A stretch of 64,000 nt of DNA from Sphyrna mokarran (lineage: Eukaryota). The translations under genes were made by a program, and so were the position numbers. The first letter of the stretch is position 1, and every line of letters starts with the position of its first letter. The notes beneath the pieces were generated by a model, which was not told where the DNA came from, made no database searches, and worked only from the letters and a program-made list of their open reading frames with translations. This document shows positions 43,001 to 55,000 of this stretch, one piece after another. Where the stretch lies: positions 65,162,001 to 65,226,000 of the forward strand of contig JAGIQG010000008.1 in assembly GCA_024679065.1 (NCBI GenBank). Direction: 5' to 3'.

Positions 43001-46000
43001 TCACAGTTCATGACACAAATATAAATATGACAATAGGATCTCCTCAAATGTATTTTTATACCCTCTCTTTTGCTTCATTTATTTGAATAAGTATGGTCCT
43101 TTGGGGCTGCATCCAACATTTCCATGTGTTTTTTTCAGAGAAGTCGTATTAGACGTAATATTGGTAGAAGGTTTCCTCTGTCTGGAGTTTCTTCTGTTTT
43201 GCTCACTTTGGTGTTCTGCAAGAATGGGTCAACACTGCAGCATCCATTTCGCTCTTCACCTCTTCCCTTAACCTGTTTCCATTTGTAAATCAAACACAAA
43301 CACCAGCATGAAGAGTTCAAAACATAACTCAAATTGAAGAATCACGAATGCGATAACAACAAATGAAGTACTGAGATTCTCATATTGTCAGTTATATTTC
43401 ACATAACCATGACCATGAATTTGAGTTGTAATCTTTCTTCATTGTTCACACCCAGCACTTCTCACAGCACCTTTCTCTCAAAATATGAGATGCTGTCATT
43501 GTTGTGCTTAACTGTGGATATATATAACATCTTCATGAAGTTTTTCAGACTGACAACTAACCTGCTCAAATGCATTTTGTCTTACAGGGCAGGCTATAGT
43601 CACTTCAAGTAGATCAGGCCTCTGTAACTTCACTCTGTGTACTAAGAGTTGTGACGTTTTGAAGTACACGGGAAAATGTCAAACCACTACAGCTCCCACC
43701 ACTCCACTCGAAACGACAACAACAGTAACAGTAACTCCCAGCACTCCACTTCCAACAAGTTGCACCTGCACAGCCAATGGAGAAATATTATCACCAGGTA
43801 AGTGCATTAGATTCTGACAATCTGCTACAATCATTCGTCATGCTGTTAAACTGATCACAACTGGCTGCAATGATCCAGATCAATTACGAAGGCAAATCAC
43901 CTCTCCTCTCCATTAGATTGTCCGACGCAATCTGGATGCTTGTCTAAAGCATTCTGTAGACGTTTGGAGAAATAGTAGTAATAACATCTCTCATCCCTGC
44001 ATTTCCAAAATTGATCTGTCTGCTTTCTAAGCTTAAAAATGACGCCTTCAGAGCTTTAGGAAGTTGACATCTTCCTGCTCTGCCTGTCTGGACTCATAAT
44101 CCAGATTTTGCATTCACATGCCAAAATTAGACAATGCCAAGTCTTCACACACAAGGTTCTTAGATGGTTTTTGTCTCCTGTGCCCATTGATGTTAAGCAA
44201 AGCGTCTGTCACTGACGCAAAGTAAGGTCAAAGTTATTGCGGTCAAACTCAGAATTGAAATTGTTTCAAGGTCAATTTCCTGATCACAATTCATGACACA
44301 AATATAAATAAGACAAAAGGATCTCCTGAAATGTATTTTTATACCCTCTCTTTTGCTACATTTATTTGAGTAAATATTGGCCCTTTGTGGCTGCATCCAA
44401 CATTTCCATGTGTTCTTTTCAGAGAAGTCGTATTAGACGTAATATTGGTAGAATGTTTCCTCTGTCTGGAGCTTCTTCTGTTTTGCTCACTTTGGTGTTC
44501 TGCAAGAATGGGTCAACACTGCAGCATCCATTTCGCTCTTCACCTCTTCCCTTAACCTGTTGCATTTTTCCATTTATAAATCAAACACAAACACCAGCAT
44601 GAAGAGTTCAAAACATAACTCAAATTGAAGAATCACGAATGCGATAACAACAAATGAAGTACTGAGATTCTCATATTGCCAGTTATATTTCACATAACCA
44701 TGACCATGAATTTGAATTGTAATCTTTCTTCATTGTTCACACCCAGCACTTCTCACAGCACCTTTCTCTCAAAATATGCGATGCTGTCATTTTTGAGGAG
44801 AACTGTGGATAAATATAACATCTTCCTGAAATTTTCCAGAGTGACAACTAAATTGTTCAAATGCATTTTGTCTTACAGGGCAGGCTATAGTCACGTCAAG
44901 TAGATCAGGCCTCTGTAACTTCACTCTATGTACTAAGAGTTGTGACGTTTTGAAGTACACGGGAAAATGTCAAACCACTACCGCTCCCACCACTCCACTC
45001 GAAACGACAACAACAGTAACAGTAACTCCCAGCACTCCGGTATCAACAAGTTGCACCTGCACAGCCAATGGAGAAATATTATCACCAGGTAAGTGCATTA
45101 GATTCTGACAATCTGCTACAATCATTCGTCATGCTGTTAAACTGATCACAACTGGCTGCAATGATCCAGATCAATTACGAAGGCAAATCACCTCTCCTCT
45201 CCATTAGATTGTCCGACACAATCTGGATGCTTGTCTAAAGCATTCTGTAGACGTTTGGAGAAATAGTAGTAATAACATCTCTCATCCCTGCATTTCCAAA
45301 ATTGATCTGTCTGCTTTCTAAGCTTAAAAATGACGCCTTCAGAGCTTTAGGAAGTTGACATCTTCCTGCTCTGCCTGTCTGGACTCATAATCCAGATTTT
45401 GCATTCACATGCCAAAATTAGACAATGCCAAGTCTTCACACACAACGTCTTTACATCGTTTTTGTCTCCTGTGCCCAATGATGTTAAGCAAAGCAACACA
45501 CTATCAGTGACTGACGCTAAGCAAGGTCAAAGTTATTGTGGTCGAACTCAGATTTGTAATTGTTTCATGGTCAATTTCCTGGTCACAATTCGTGACGCAA
45601 ATATAAATAAGACAAAAGATCTTCTGATATATGTTTTTATACCCTCTCTTTTGCTATATTTATTTGAGTAAACATTGGTCCTTTGTGGCTGCATCCAACA
45701 TTTCCATGTGTTTTTTTCAGAGAAGTCGTATTCGACGTAATATTAGTAGAATGTTTCCTCTGTCTGGAGGTTCTTCAGACAGAGGAAGTGGTCAAGAAGG
45801 CGTGCGGTGTACTGGCCTTCATTAATCGAGGAATAGAGTTTAGGAGTCAGGAGGTAATGATGCAGCTGTGTAAGACACTTGTCAGACGCTAGTTCGAGTA
45901 TTGTGCGCAGTTCTGGTTGCCTCATTCTAGGAAGGATGTAGACGCTATTGAGAGGGTTTAGAGGAGATTTACAAGGATGTTGCCTGGATTGGGAGGCAGG

Positions 46001-49000
46001 CCTTATAAAGATAGGTTGAGGGAGCTGGGACTCTTCTCACTGGAGAGACGTAGGTTGGGAGGTGACCTGATAGAGGTTTATACAATGTTGAGAGGAATAG
46101 ATAAGGTGGACTCTCAGAGACTATTTCCCCGAGCGGAAATGGTCAATACGAGAGGACACAGATTTAAGGTGCAAGGAAGCAAATACAAAGGAGATGTCAG
46201 GGGTATGTTTTTCACTCAGAGGGTGGTGAGTGAATGGAACCGATTGCCGTCGGAGCTTGTTGAGGCAAACTCACTGGGGTCTTTTAAGAGACTTCTGGAT
46301 GAGTACATGGAAAAGATTAGGATAGGGGGCTATCGATCGGTCTGTGGATTGGTAGATGTGCTCGGCGCAACTCGTGGGTCGAAGGGCCTGTTTGTGCTGT
46401 ATTATTCTATGTTCTGTGTTCTGTGTTCCACATTTTGCTCACTTTGGTGTTCTGCAAGAATGGGTCAACACTGCAGCATCCATTTCACTCTTCAGCTCTT
46501 CCCTTAAACCTGATTGCAATGTTCCATCTCTATTTATACATCAAACACAAACACCAGCATGAACAGTTCACAACATGACTCAAATACTACAATCATGAAT
46601 GCGATAAGAACAAATGAAATACTGAGATTCTCATATTGCCAGTTATATTTCACATAACTATGACCATGAATTTGAATTGAAGTCTTTCTTCATTGTTCAC
46701 ACCCAGCACTGTTCACAGCACCTTCCTCTCAAAATATGCGATGCTGTCAATTTTGTACTTAACTGTGGATAAATATAACATCTTCATGAAGTTTTCCAGA
46801 GTGACAACTGAATTGTTCAAATGCATTTTGTCTTACAGGGCAGGCTATAGTCACGTCAAGTAGATCAGGCCTCTGTAACTTCACTCTATGTACTAAGAGT
46901 TGTGACATTTTGAAGTACACGGGAAAATGTCAAACCACTACCGCTCCCACCACTCCACTCGAAACGACAACAACAGTGACAGTAACTCCCAGCACTCCAG
47001 TATCAACAAGTTGCACCTGCACAGCCAATGGAGAAATATTGTCACCAGGTAAGTGTATTAGACACTGACAATCTGCTACAATCACTCGTCATGCTGTTAA
47101 ACTGATCACAACTGGCTGCAATGATCCACATATATTATGAAGGCAAATCACCCCTCCTCTTCATTAGATTGTCTTACGCAATCTGGATGCTTGTCTTAAG
47201 CATTTTGTAGACGTTTGGAGAATGAGTAGTCATAACATCTCTCATCCCTCCATTTCCAAAATTGATCTGTCTGCTGTCTAAGCTTAAAAATGACGCATAA
47301 CAACTTTAGGAAGTTGACAGTTTGCTGCTCTGCCTGTCTGAATTTATAATCCAGATTTTGCATTCACATGCCAAAATTTGACAATGCCAAGTCTTCACAC
47401 ACAAGGTCCTTACATGGTTTTTGTCTCCTGTGCCCGTTGATGTTAAGCAAAGCAACACACTGTCAGTGACTGACGCTAAGTAAGGTCAAAGTTATTGTGG
47501 TCGAACTCAGATTTCTAATTGTTTCATGGTCTCCTTCCTGGTCACAATTCATGACACAAATATAAATAAGACAATAGGATCTCCTCAACTGTATTTTTAC
47601 ACCCTCTCTTTTGCTACATTTATTTGAGTAAATATTGGTCCTTTGTGGCTGCATCCAATATTTCCATGTGCTTTTTTCAGAGAAGTCGTATTAGACATAA
47701 TATTGATAGGATGTTTCCTCTGTCTGGAGCTTCTTCTGTTTTGCTCACTTTGGTGTTCTGCAAGAATGGGTCAACACTGCAGCATCCAGTTCGCTCTTCA
47801 CCTCTTCCCTTAAACCTGATTGCAATGTTCCATCTCCATTTATACATCAAACACAAACACCAGCATGAAGAGTTCACAACATAACTCAAATCGAAGAATC
47901 ACGAATGCGATAACAACAAATGAAATACTGAGATTCTCATGTTGCCAATTATATTTCACATAACCATGACCATGAGTTTGAATTGTAGTCTTTCTTCATT
48001 GTTCACATCCAGCACAGCTCACAGCACCTTTCTCTCAAAATATGTGATGCTGTCATTTTTGTACTGAACTGTGGATAAATATTTCATCTTCGTGGAGTTT
48101 TCCAGAGTGAGAACTACATTGTTCAAATGCATTTTGTCTTACATAGAACATTACAGCGCAGTACAGGCCCTTCGGCCCTCGATGTTGCGCCGGCAAGTGG
48201 ACCCTCTAAATTAAACTATTCCAATATCATCCATATGCCTATCCACCGAACATTTGAATGCCCCCAAAGTAGGCGAGTCCACAACTGCTGCAGGCAGGCC
48301 ATTCCACGCTCTTACCACCCTCTGTGTAAAGAACCTGCCTCTGACATCCGTCCTATAACTACCACAAACTACAGGGCAGGCTATAGTCACATCAAGTAGA
48401 TCAGGCCTCTGTAACTTCACTCTATGTACTAAGAGTTGTGACGTTTTGAAGTACACGGGAAAATGTCAAACCACTACAGCTCCCACCACTCCATTCGAAA
48501 CGACAACAACAGTAACAGTAACTCCCAGCACTCCAGTATCAACAAGTTGCACATGCACAGCCAATGGAGAAATATTGTCACCAGGTAAGTGCATTAGATT
48601 CTGACAATCTGCTACAATCATTTGTCATGCTGATAAACTGACCACAACTGGCGGCAATGATCCACATATATTGTGAAGGCAAATCACCCCTCCTCTTCAT
48701 TAGATTGTCTTACGCAATCTGGATGCTTGTCTTAAGCATTCTGTGGATGTTTGGAAAATGAGTAGTCATAACATCTCTCATCCCTCCATTTCCAAAATTG
48801 ATCTGTCTGCTGTCTAAGCTTAAAAATGACGCATAACAACTTTAGGAAGTTGACATCTTGCTGCTCTGCCTGTCTGAATTCATAATCCAGATTTTGCATT
48901 CACATGCCAAAATTAGACAATGCCAAGTCTTCACACACAAGGTTCTTACATGGTTTTTGTCTCCTGTGCCCATTGATGTTATGCAAAGCAACACACTGTC

Positions 49001-52000
49001 AGTAACTGACGCTAAGCAAGGTCAAAGTTATTATGGTCGAACTCACGTTTGTAATTGTTTCGTGGTCAATTTCCTGGTCACAATTCCTGGTCACAAAGAG
49101 GTGGATGGGGGTAAGGCAGTTGATGTGGTATATATGGACTTTAGTAAGGCATTCGATAAGGTGCCCCATGGAAGGCTTCTGCAGAAAATGCAGATGTATG
49201 GGTTGAGGGTGATTTAGCTAATTGGATTGGGAATTGGCTTGCTGATAGAAGACAGAGGGTGGTGGTTAATGGAAATTATTCATTGTGGAGTGCGGTTACA
49301 AGTGGTGTACCTCAGGGATCTGTTTTGGGGCCCCTGCTGTTTGTAATTTTTATAAATGATCTGGATGAGTGTATTGAAGGATGGATTAGTAAATTTATGG
49401 ATGACACTAAAGTCGGAGGAGTGGTAGATAGTGAAGAGGGGTGTTATAGTTTGCAGAGAGACTTGGACAAGTTGCAGAGCTGGGTCGGGAGGTGGCAAAT
49501 GGAGTTTAATGCGGAAAAATGTGAGTTAATTCACTTTGGCAGGAATAACAAATGTGTAGAGTATAGAGCTAATGGTAGGACTCTTAATAGTGTTGAAGAA
49601 CAGAGGGATCTTGGTGTATATGTGCATAGATCCCTGAAAGTTGGCAATCAAGTCGATAAGTTTGTTAAGAAGGCATACGGAGTCTTAGCTTTTATTGGTA
49701 GGGGGATTGAATTTCGGAGCCGCAACGTCATGTTGCAACTGTACAAAACTCTAGTGCGGCCGCACTTGGAGTATTGTGTACAGTTCTGGTCCCCACGTTA
49801 TAAGAAAGATGTGGAGGCATTGGAGAGGGTACAGAGGAGATTTACCAGGATGTTGCCTGATATGGAAGGCAGGTCTTATGAAGAGAGGCTGAGGGATTTG
49901 AGGTTGTTTTCGTTAGAAAGGAGGCGGCTAAGAGGAGACCTTATTGAACCATATAAGATAATTAGAGGTTTAGATAGGGTGGACAGTGATAGCCTTTTTC
50001 CTAGGATGGAGAAAGCTAGCACGAGGGGACATAGCTTTAAATGAAGGGGTGGTAGTTATAGGACGGATGTCAGAGGTAGGTTCTTTACCCAGAGGGTGGT
50101 AAGGGTATGGAATGCCCTGCCTGCTGCAGTTGTAGATGCGCCAAGTTTGGTGGCGTTTAAGAGGTTAGTAGATAAGTTTATGGAGTGAAAGGGAATGGTT
50201 TAGGTTAGAAGGTCATTGCTTTTTTCATAATTGGTCGGCGCAACTTCGAAGGCCGAAGGGCCTGTTCTGCGCTGTAATGTTCTATGTTCTAATTCATGAC
50301 ACAAATATAAATAAGACAAAAGGATCTCCTGAAATGTATTTTTATACCCTCTCTTTTGCTTCACTTATTTTAATAAATATGGCCCTTAGAGGCTGCATCC
50401 AACATTTCCATGTGTTTTTTTCAGAGAAGTCGTATTAGACGTAATATTGGTAGAATGTTTCCTCTCCCTGGAGCTTCTTCTGTTTTGCTCACTTTGGTGT
50501 TCTGCAAGAATGGGTCAACACTGCAGCATCCATTTCGCTCTTCACCTCTTCCCTTAAACCTGATTGCAATGTTCCATCTCCATTTATACATCAAACACAA
50601 ACACCAGCATGAAGAGTTCAAAACATAACTCAAATTGAAGAATCATGAATGTGATAACAACAAATGAAGTACTCAGATTCTTATACTGCCAGTTATATTT
50701 TACATAACCATGACCATGAATTTTGAATTGTAGTCTTTCTCCATTGTTCACATCCAGCACTTCTCACAGCACCTTTCTCTCAAAATATGCGATGCTGTCA
50801 TTTTTGTACTGAACTGTGGTAAATATTTCATGCTCGTGAAGTTTTCTAGAGTGAGAACTACAATGTTCAAGTGCATTTTGTCTTACAGGGCAGGCTATAG
50901 TCACGTCAAGTAGATCAGGCCTCTGTAACTTCACTCTATGTACTAAGAGTTGTGACGTTTTGAAGTATACGGGAAAATGTCAAACCACTACAGCTCCCAC
51001 CACTCCACTCGAATCGACAACAGTAACAGTAACTCCCAGCACTCCAGTATCAACAAGTTGCACCTGCACAGCCAATGGAGAAATATTATCGCCTGGTAAG
51101 TGATTTTCACAATCTGATACAATCACTAGTCATGCTGCAAATCTGACAGTGCGGTCTGATATTTATCATAATTGGCTGCACTAATCCAGATTCATCAGGC
51201 AAAACCCCAGTCCTCCCCATTACGTTGCTTTACACCAACTGGATGCTCGTCTTAAACATGCGGAATCAGTTTGGAGAATGACTTGTCATAAATCTTCTCA
51301 TCTCTCCATTTCCCACAGTGATCTGTTTGCTGTCTAAGTGTACAAAAGAGAGATTAAGAACTTTCAGAAATTGGCAATTTTCTGCTGTGCCATTCTGAAT
51401 TCACAGTTTCAGATTTTGCCTTCACATGCCACCATTAGACAATGCCAAATTTTTACGCACAACAGGCTTGATTTTACCATTGCATCGCTCTCATTTTTGG
51501 ACACAAAAATGTCATAACGGACAGCATGAGGCCATTAACGAGATTCACGCTTGCGTCCGTGCTGATGCCCTCTTTACCATCGGCTTGAAAATATCCGTGA
51601 TCCGATTCACACCCAAAATGCATGCACTTAAGTTGAATTAATGGACTGCCCATCCAATTCTGCCAGCATTTCCCCCTTACCATCACATTTCCCCATTCAG
51701 ATTCAGTATGAATCAGATATGCTCGTCAAAGGTCTGTTTCAGGCACTCCAGCTTCTGAAGAGTTAAGTTCAGCGATTCCAGCGGCTCTCTGACTCAGATC
51801 AGTGGTGGGGGGAGAAGGGAGACAGGCCAGATCATTCACTGGTGAGGGTGTTGGTGGTGGTGTGGTGGTGGTTGTGGTTGGGGAGGAGGGGGTGCGTGGG
51901 GCAGGTAGGAAGCAGACCTGATCATTGTCTGGTGGGTGGGTGGAGGGAGAAGGCAGGCCCAATTGTTATCTGGTGATGGAGAAGGGGAGGGAGGAGTGAG

Positions 52001-55000
52001 GACTGATCACTTCTGGTGGGGCGGGTGGACTGTCAAGGTAGGCCCAATCATTCTGTGTTTTGGCGAGGGAGGAGGAGGCGATCAAATGTATATCTGATGG
52101 TGGTCAAGGGAGGCCAAATCATTATCTCGTGGCGAGCAGTGGATGGAAGAGAGATGCCAGATTTTTGTGGGGTGGGCGCAGAGGGGAGGCAGAGGGAGGC
52201 CAGATTGTTGTCTGGTGGTGGGGGGGTGGGCAGAAGAAGGCTCGATCATTCTCTGGTTTGAGGGAGCATAAATAGTGGGGGCAAGGAGTCTGCTGCCACT
52301 CTGTGGGCAATCGGAGGGGGAAAGAGCCACGATTGGTCTGATTAGTGAAGAAGTGGGTGGATAAGGGAGACAGTTACGTTGTGGGGGTTGTGACGATGTC
52401 TTTGGGTGCCATCACTCCCCCTTTTCGTTCCTGTGCCGCTTTGTCAACTTTTTGCAGCACAAATTGTTTTCCTCACTGCACGTGAGCAGTTCAAAGCTCT
52501 GATCGTTTTGGGTACAATAAGCTCCGCCTACAGCTCAATTCGGACTCGCAATTTTTTTTCCAGGCTATGTGCGTCTGGGGACATCTGAAAGCAGATTTCC
52601 AAGTCAGATCTGAATTGGGCCCAGGTTCAGAACTTAGAATGAAAATTGTAAATCGGGCCCAATGTTTTTACATTCTTTTTGTCAGCTGTGCTCCTTTGAT
52701 ACAAAGGAAAACAACACACTGTCAGTGACTGATGCTAAGCTAGGTCAAAGTTATTGTGGTTGAATTCAAATTTATAATTGCCTCATAAACTACTTTCTGG
52801 TCACTATTCAGGGCACAAATATAAATAACACAATAGGATTTCCTCAAATTCTTTTCTCAGCCCTATGCTATGCTTCATTTAATTAGATAAATGTTATTAT
52901 TTTATGGCAGCATCAAACATTTCCATCTGATTGGGCAGAGAAGTAATATTAGTTGTAATATTCGAATAATGTTTACTTTGTCCACAATTATTTCTGTTTA
53001 GCTCACTTTTGTATTCTGCACAAATGGGTCTGCACTGCGGCATCCATTTAGCAGCTTGTCTCTCACAATGAGCTTATTGTTTTGCCTGCATTTATAAACC
53101 AAACACAAACACCAGCATGATGAGTTCACAACATAACTCAAATACAAGAATCATGAATGCGCTAAAACCAAATGAAGTCATGAGATTCTAATGTTGGCCA
53201 TTGGATTTCACATATCCATAACCATGAACTTGAATTGTAATCTTCCCTTATTGTTCGAACCCAGTCGTGTTCTCAGCTCTTAACTCTCAAAACGTATTAG
53301 CTTCATGAAGAATTCCAAAGAGATATCTAAAATGTTTTAATGCCTTTTGTCTTACAGGGCAAACTATAATAACTTCAAGTCAGTCAGGCCTCTGTAATTT
53401 CACTCTATGTACTAAGAGTTGTGACATTTTGAAGTACACGGGAAAATGTCAAACCACTACAGCTCCCACCACTCCACTCGAAACGACAACAACAGTAACA
53501 GTAACTCCCAGCACTCCAGTATCAACAAGTTGCAACTGCACAGCCAATGGAAAAATACTATCACCCGGTAAGTGTATTAGATACTGACAATCTGATACAA
53601 TCACTCGTCATGCTGACAGTGCTGTCTGATATTTATTACAATTGACTGCAATGATTGACCTAGATTATTAAGGCAAAGCTCCAGTTCTCTCCATTACATT
53701 GTTTTACACAAACTGGATGTTCATCTTCAGCATTCTGCGCATGTTTTGAGAATATTTTCATCTGATATATGTTTCAGTTGTTAAAACTTTCCTGTTGTTA
53801 ACTCATGATTTTGGTTGAGGGATGTTTAGTTATTTTAATGTGAAAATATGTAACTGGAAAGGCAAAGCTTTATTGGGTCATTGTTAGTTCTTTACCTTTC
53901 CATTTTATGAGGAACAAGTATATGCTATTATTCCATAAAAACAAACATAGAAATATACATTGAAAATAGAAGCAGGAAAAGCCACTCAGCCCTTAGAGTC
54001 TGGTCCATCATTCATTTTGATCTAGCTAATCATCAAATTGAATAATTTGATCTCAACTACTCCCATTTTTTAGCCGCAAGGGCTATATCTAATCGCTTCC
54101 TGAAATAAGACAATGTTTTGGCATCAACTACTTTCTGTGATAATGAATTCCATACATTCACCCTCTGGGTGAAAAAATTTATCCTCATCTCAGTCTTTAT
54201 TCTCAAACTATGACCCCTAGTCTTCCCATTATTGGGAACATTCTTTCTGAATCTACCCTGTCTCATCCTGCTAGAACTTTATAAGTTTCTATGTGATCCC
54301 TTCTCAGTCTTCTAAACTCCAGTGAATACAATCCTAAGTGACTTAGTCTCTCCTCAAATAACAGTCCTGCCATCCCAAGGATCAGTCTGGTAAACCTTTG
54401 CTGTACTTTGCAAGAGTATCTTTTCTCAGATAAGGACACCAAAACTGCACACAATAGGGGCACTCATCAACTCCCTATATAACTGCAGTAAAAATCTCTA
54501 TTCCTATAATCAAATCCTCTCGCTATGAAGGCCAACATATCATTTGCTTTCTTTACTCCCTGTTGTACCTGCACACTTACTTTCAGTGACTAATGCATGA
54601 GGGCACCAAGGTCTTACTAAGTAACCACCTGTCTCAATTTACACTATTCAAATAACTATCTGCCTCCTGATTTTTTCCACTGAAGTGTCTAACCTTATAT
54701 TTATCCACATTATGTTACATCAGCCATGCATACGGTCACTCATTCAGCCTGACTATATCATGCTGAAGCATCTCTGCATCCTCCTCACAGCTTATTCTTC
54801 CACCCAACTTTGTATCACCTGCAAGTTTAGAGATAATACATTCAGTTCCATCTTCCAAATCATTAATACATAATGTGAACAGTTGGGGTCCTAGCACAGA
54901 TTCCTGCAGTACCCCACTAGTCATTGCCTACCAATCAGAAAAAGACACATTTATTCCAATGCTTTGCTTCCTGTTTGCTAACCAGCTTTCTATCCATCTC

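Larger units (their letters stand above)
1..53760 (+). repeat. Tandem exon-intron array, unit ~1298 bp (5' part) or 1284/1300 bp (3' part), 39 exons visible
   Basis: Exon starts recur every 1297-1299 bp (exons 1-24) and every 1282-1300 bp (exons 25-35). The last four spacings (1960, 1536, 2514, 2469) are enlarged by transposon insertions. Confidence 0.98.

Noticed and set aside
1-45088. CRISPR-like array or non-coding satellite
   Set aside because: There are no short repeat/unique spacer pairs. Units are 1.3 kb, homologous throughout, and contain spliceosomal exons in frame with downstream mucin exons.
49259-50044. 261-aa reverse transcriptase ORF as a functional or domesticated gene acting on the array
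   Set aside because: It is a 5'-truncated, frameshifted CR1 copy with an FMDD motif and no endonuclease; an ordinary intronic insertion.
326-50628. Recurrent 86-aa ORF (MSKYWSFVAASNISMCFFQR...) and its antisense 60-70-aa ORFs as a tandem small-protein gene family
   Set aside because: They lie in the repeated intron, mostly start at TTG/GTG, and are broken by stops or frameshifts in several copies (e.g. TGA near 14737 and 17333; the 3' sub-family deletion). They vary freely while the true exon is conserved.
51800-52400. G-rich tract with Pro/Thr-rich antisense ORF (PTTTTTTPPPTPSP) as an extra mucin exon
   Set aside because: It is on the wrong strand for the mucin and lies inside the TIR-bounded element; low-complexity transposon interior.
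847-53567. Repeat module as a mucin CysD domain
   Set aside because: Only 6 Cys in 43 aa and no WxxW motif; CysD is about 100 aa with 10 Cys.
847-53567. Dscam/protocadherin-like mutually exclusive exon cluster, or antigen-receptor segment array with RSS
   Set aside because: Exons are near-identical, so there is little diversity to select. Introns are long enough for consecutive splicing, and I saw no heptamer/nonamer signals or docking-selector elements.
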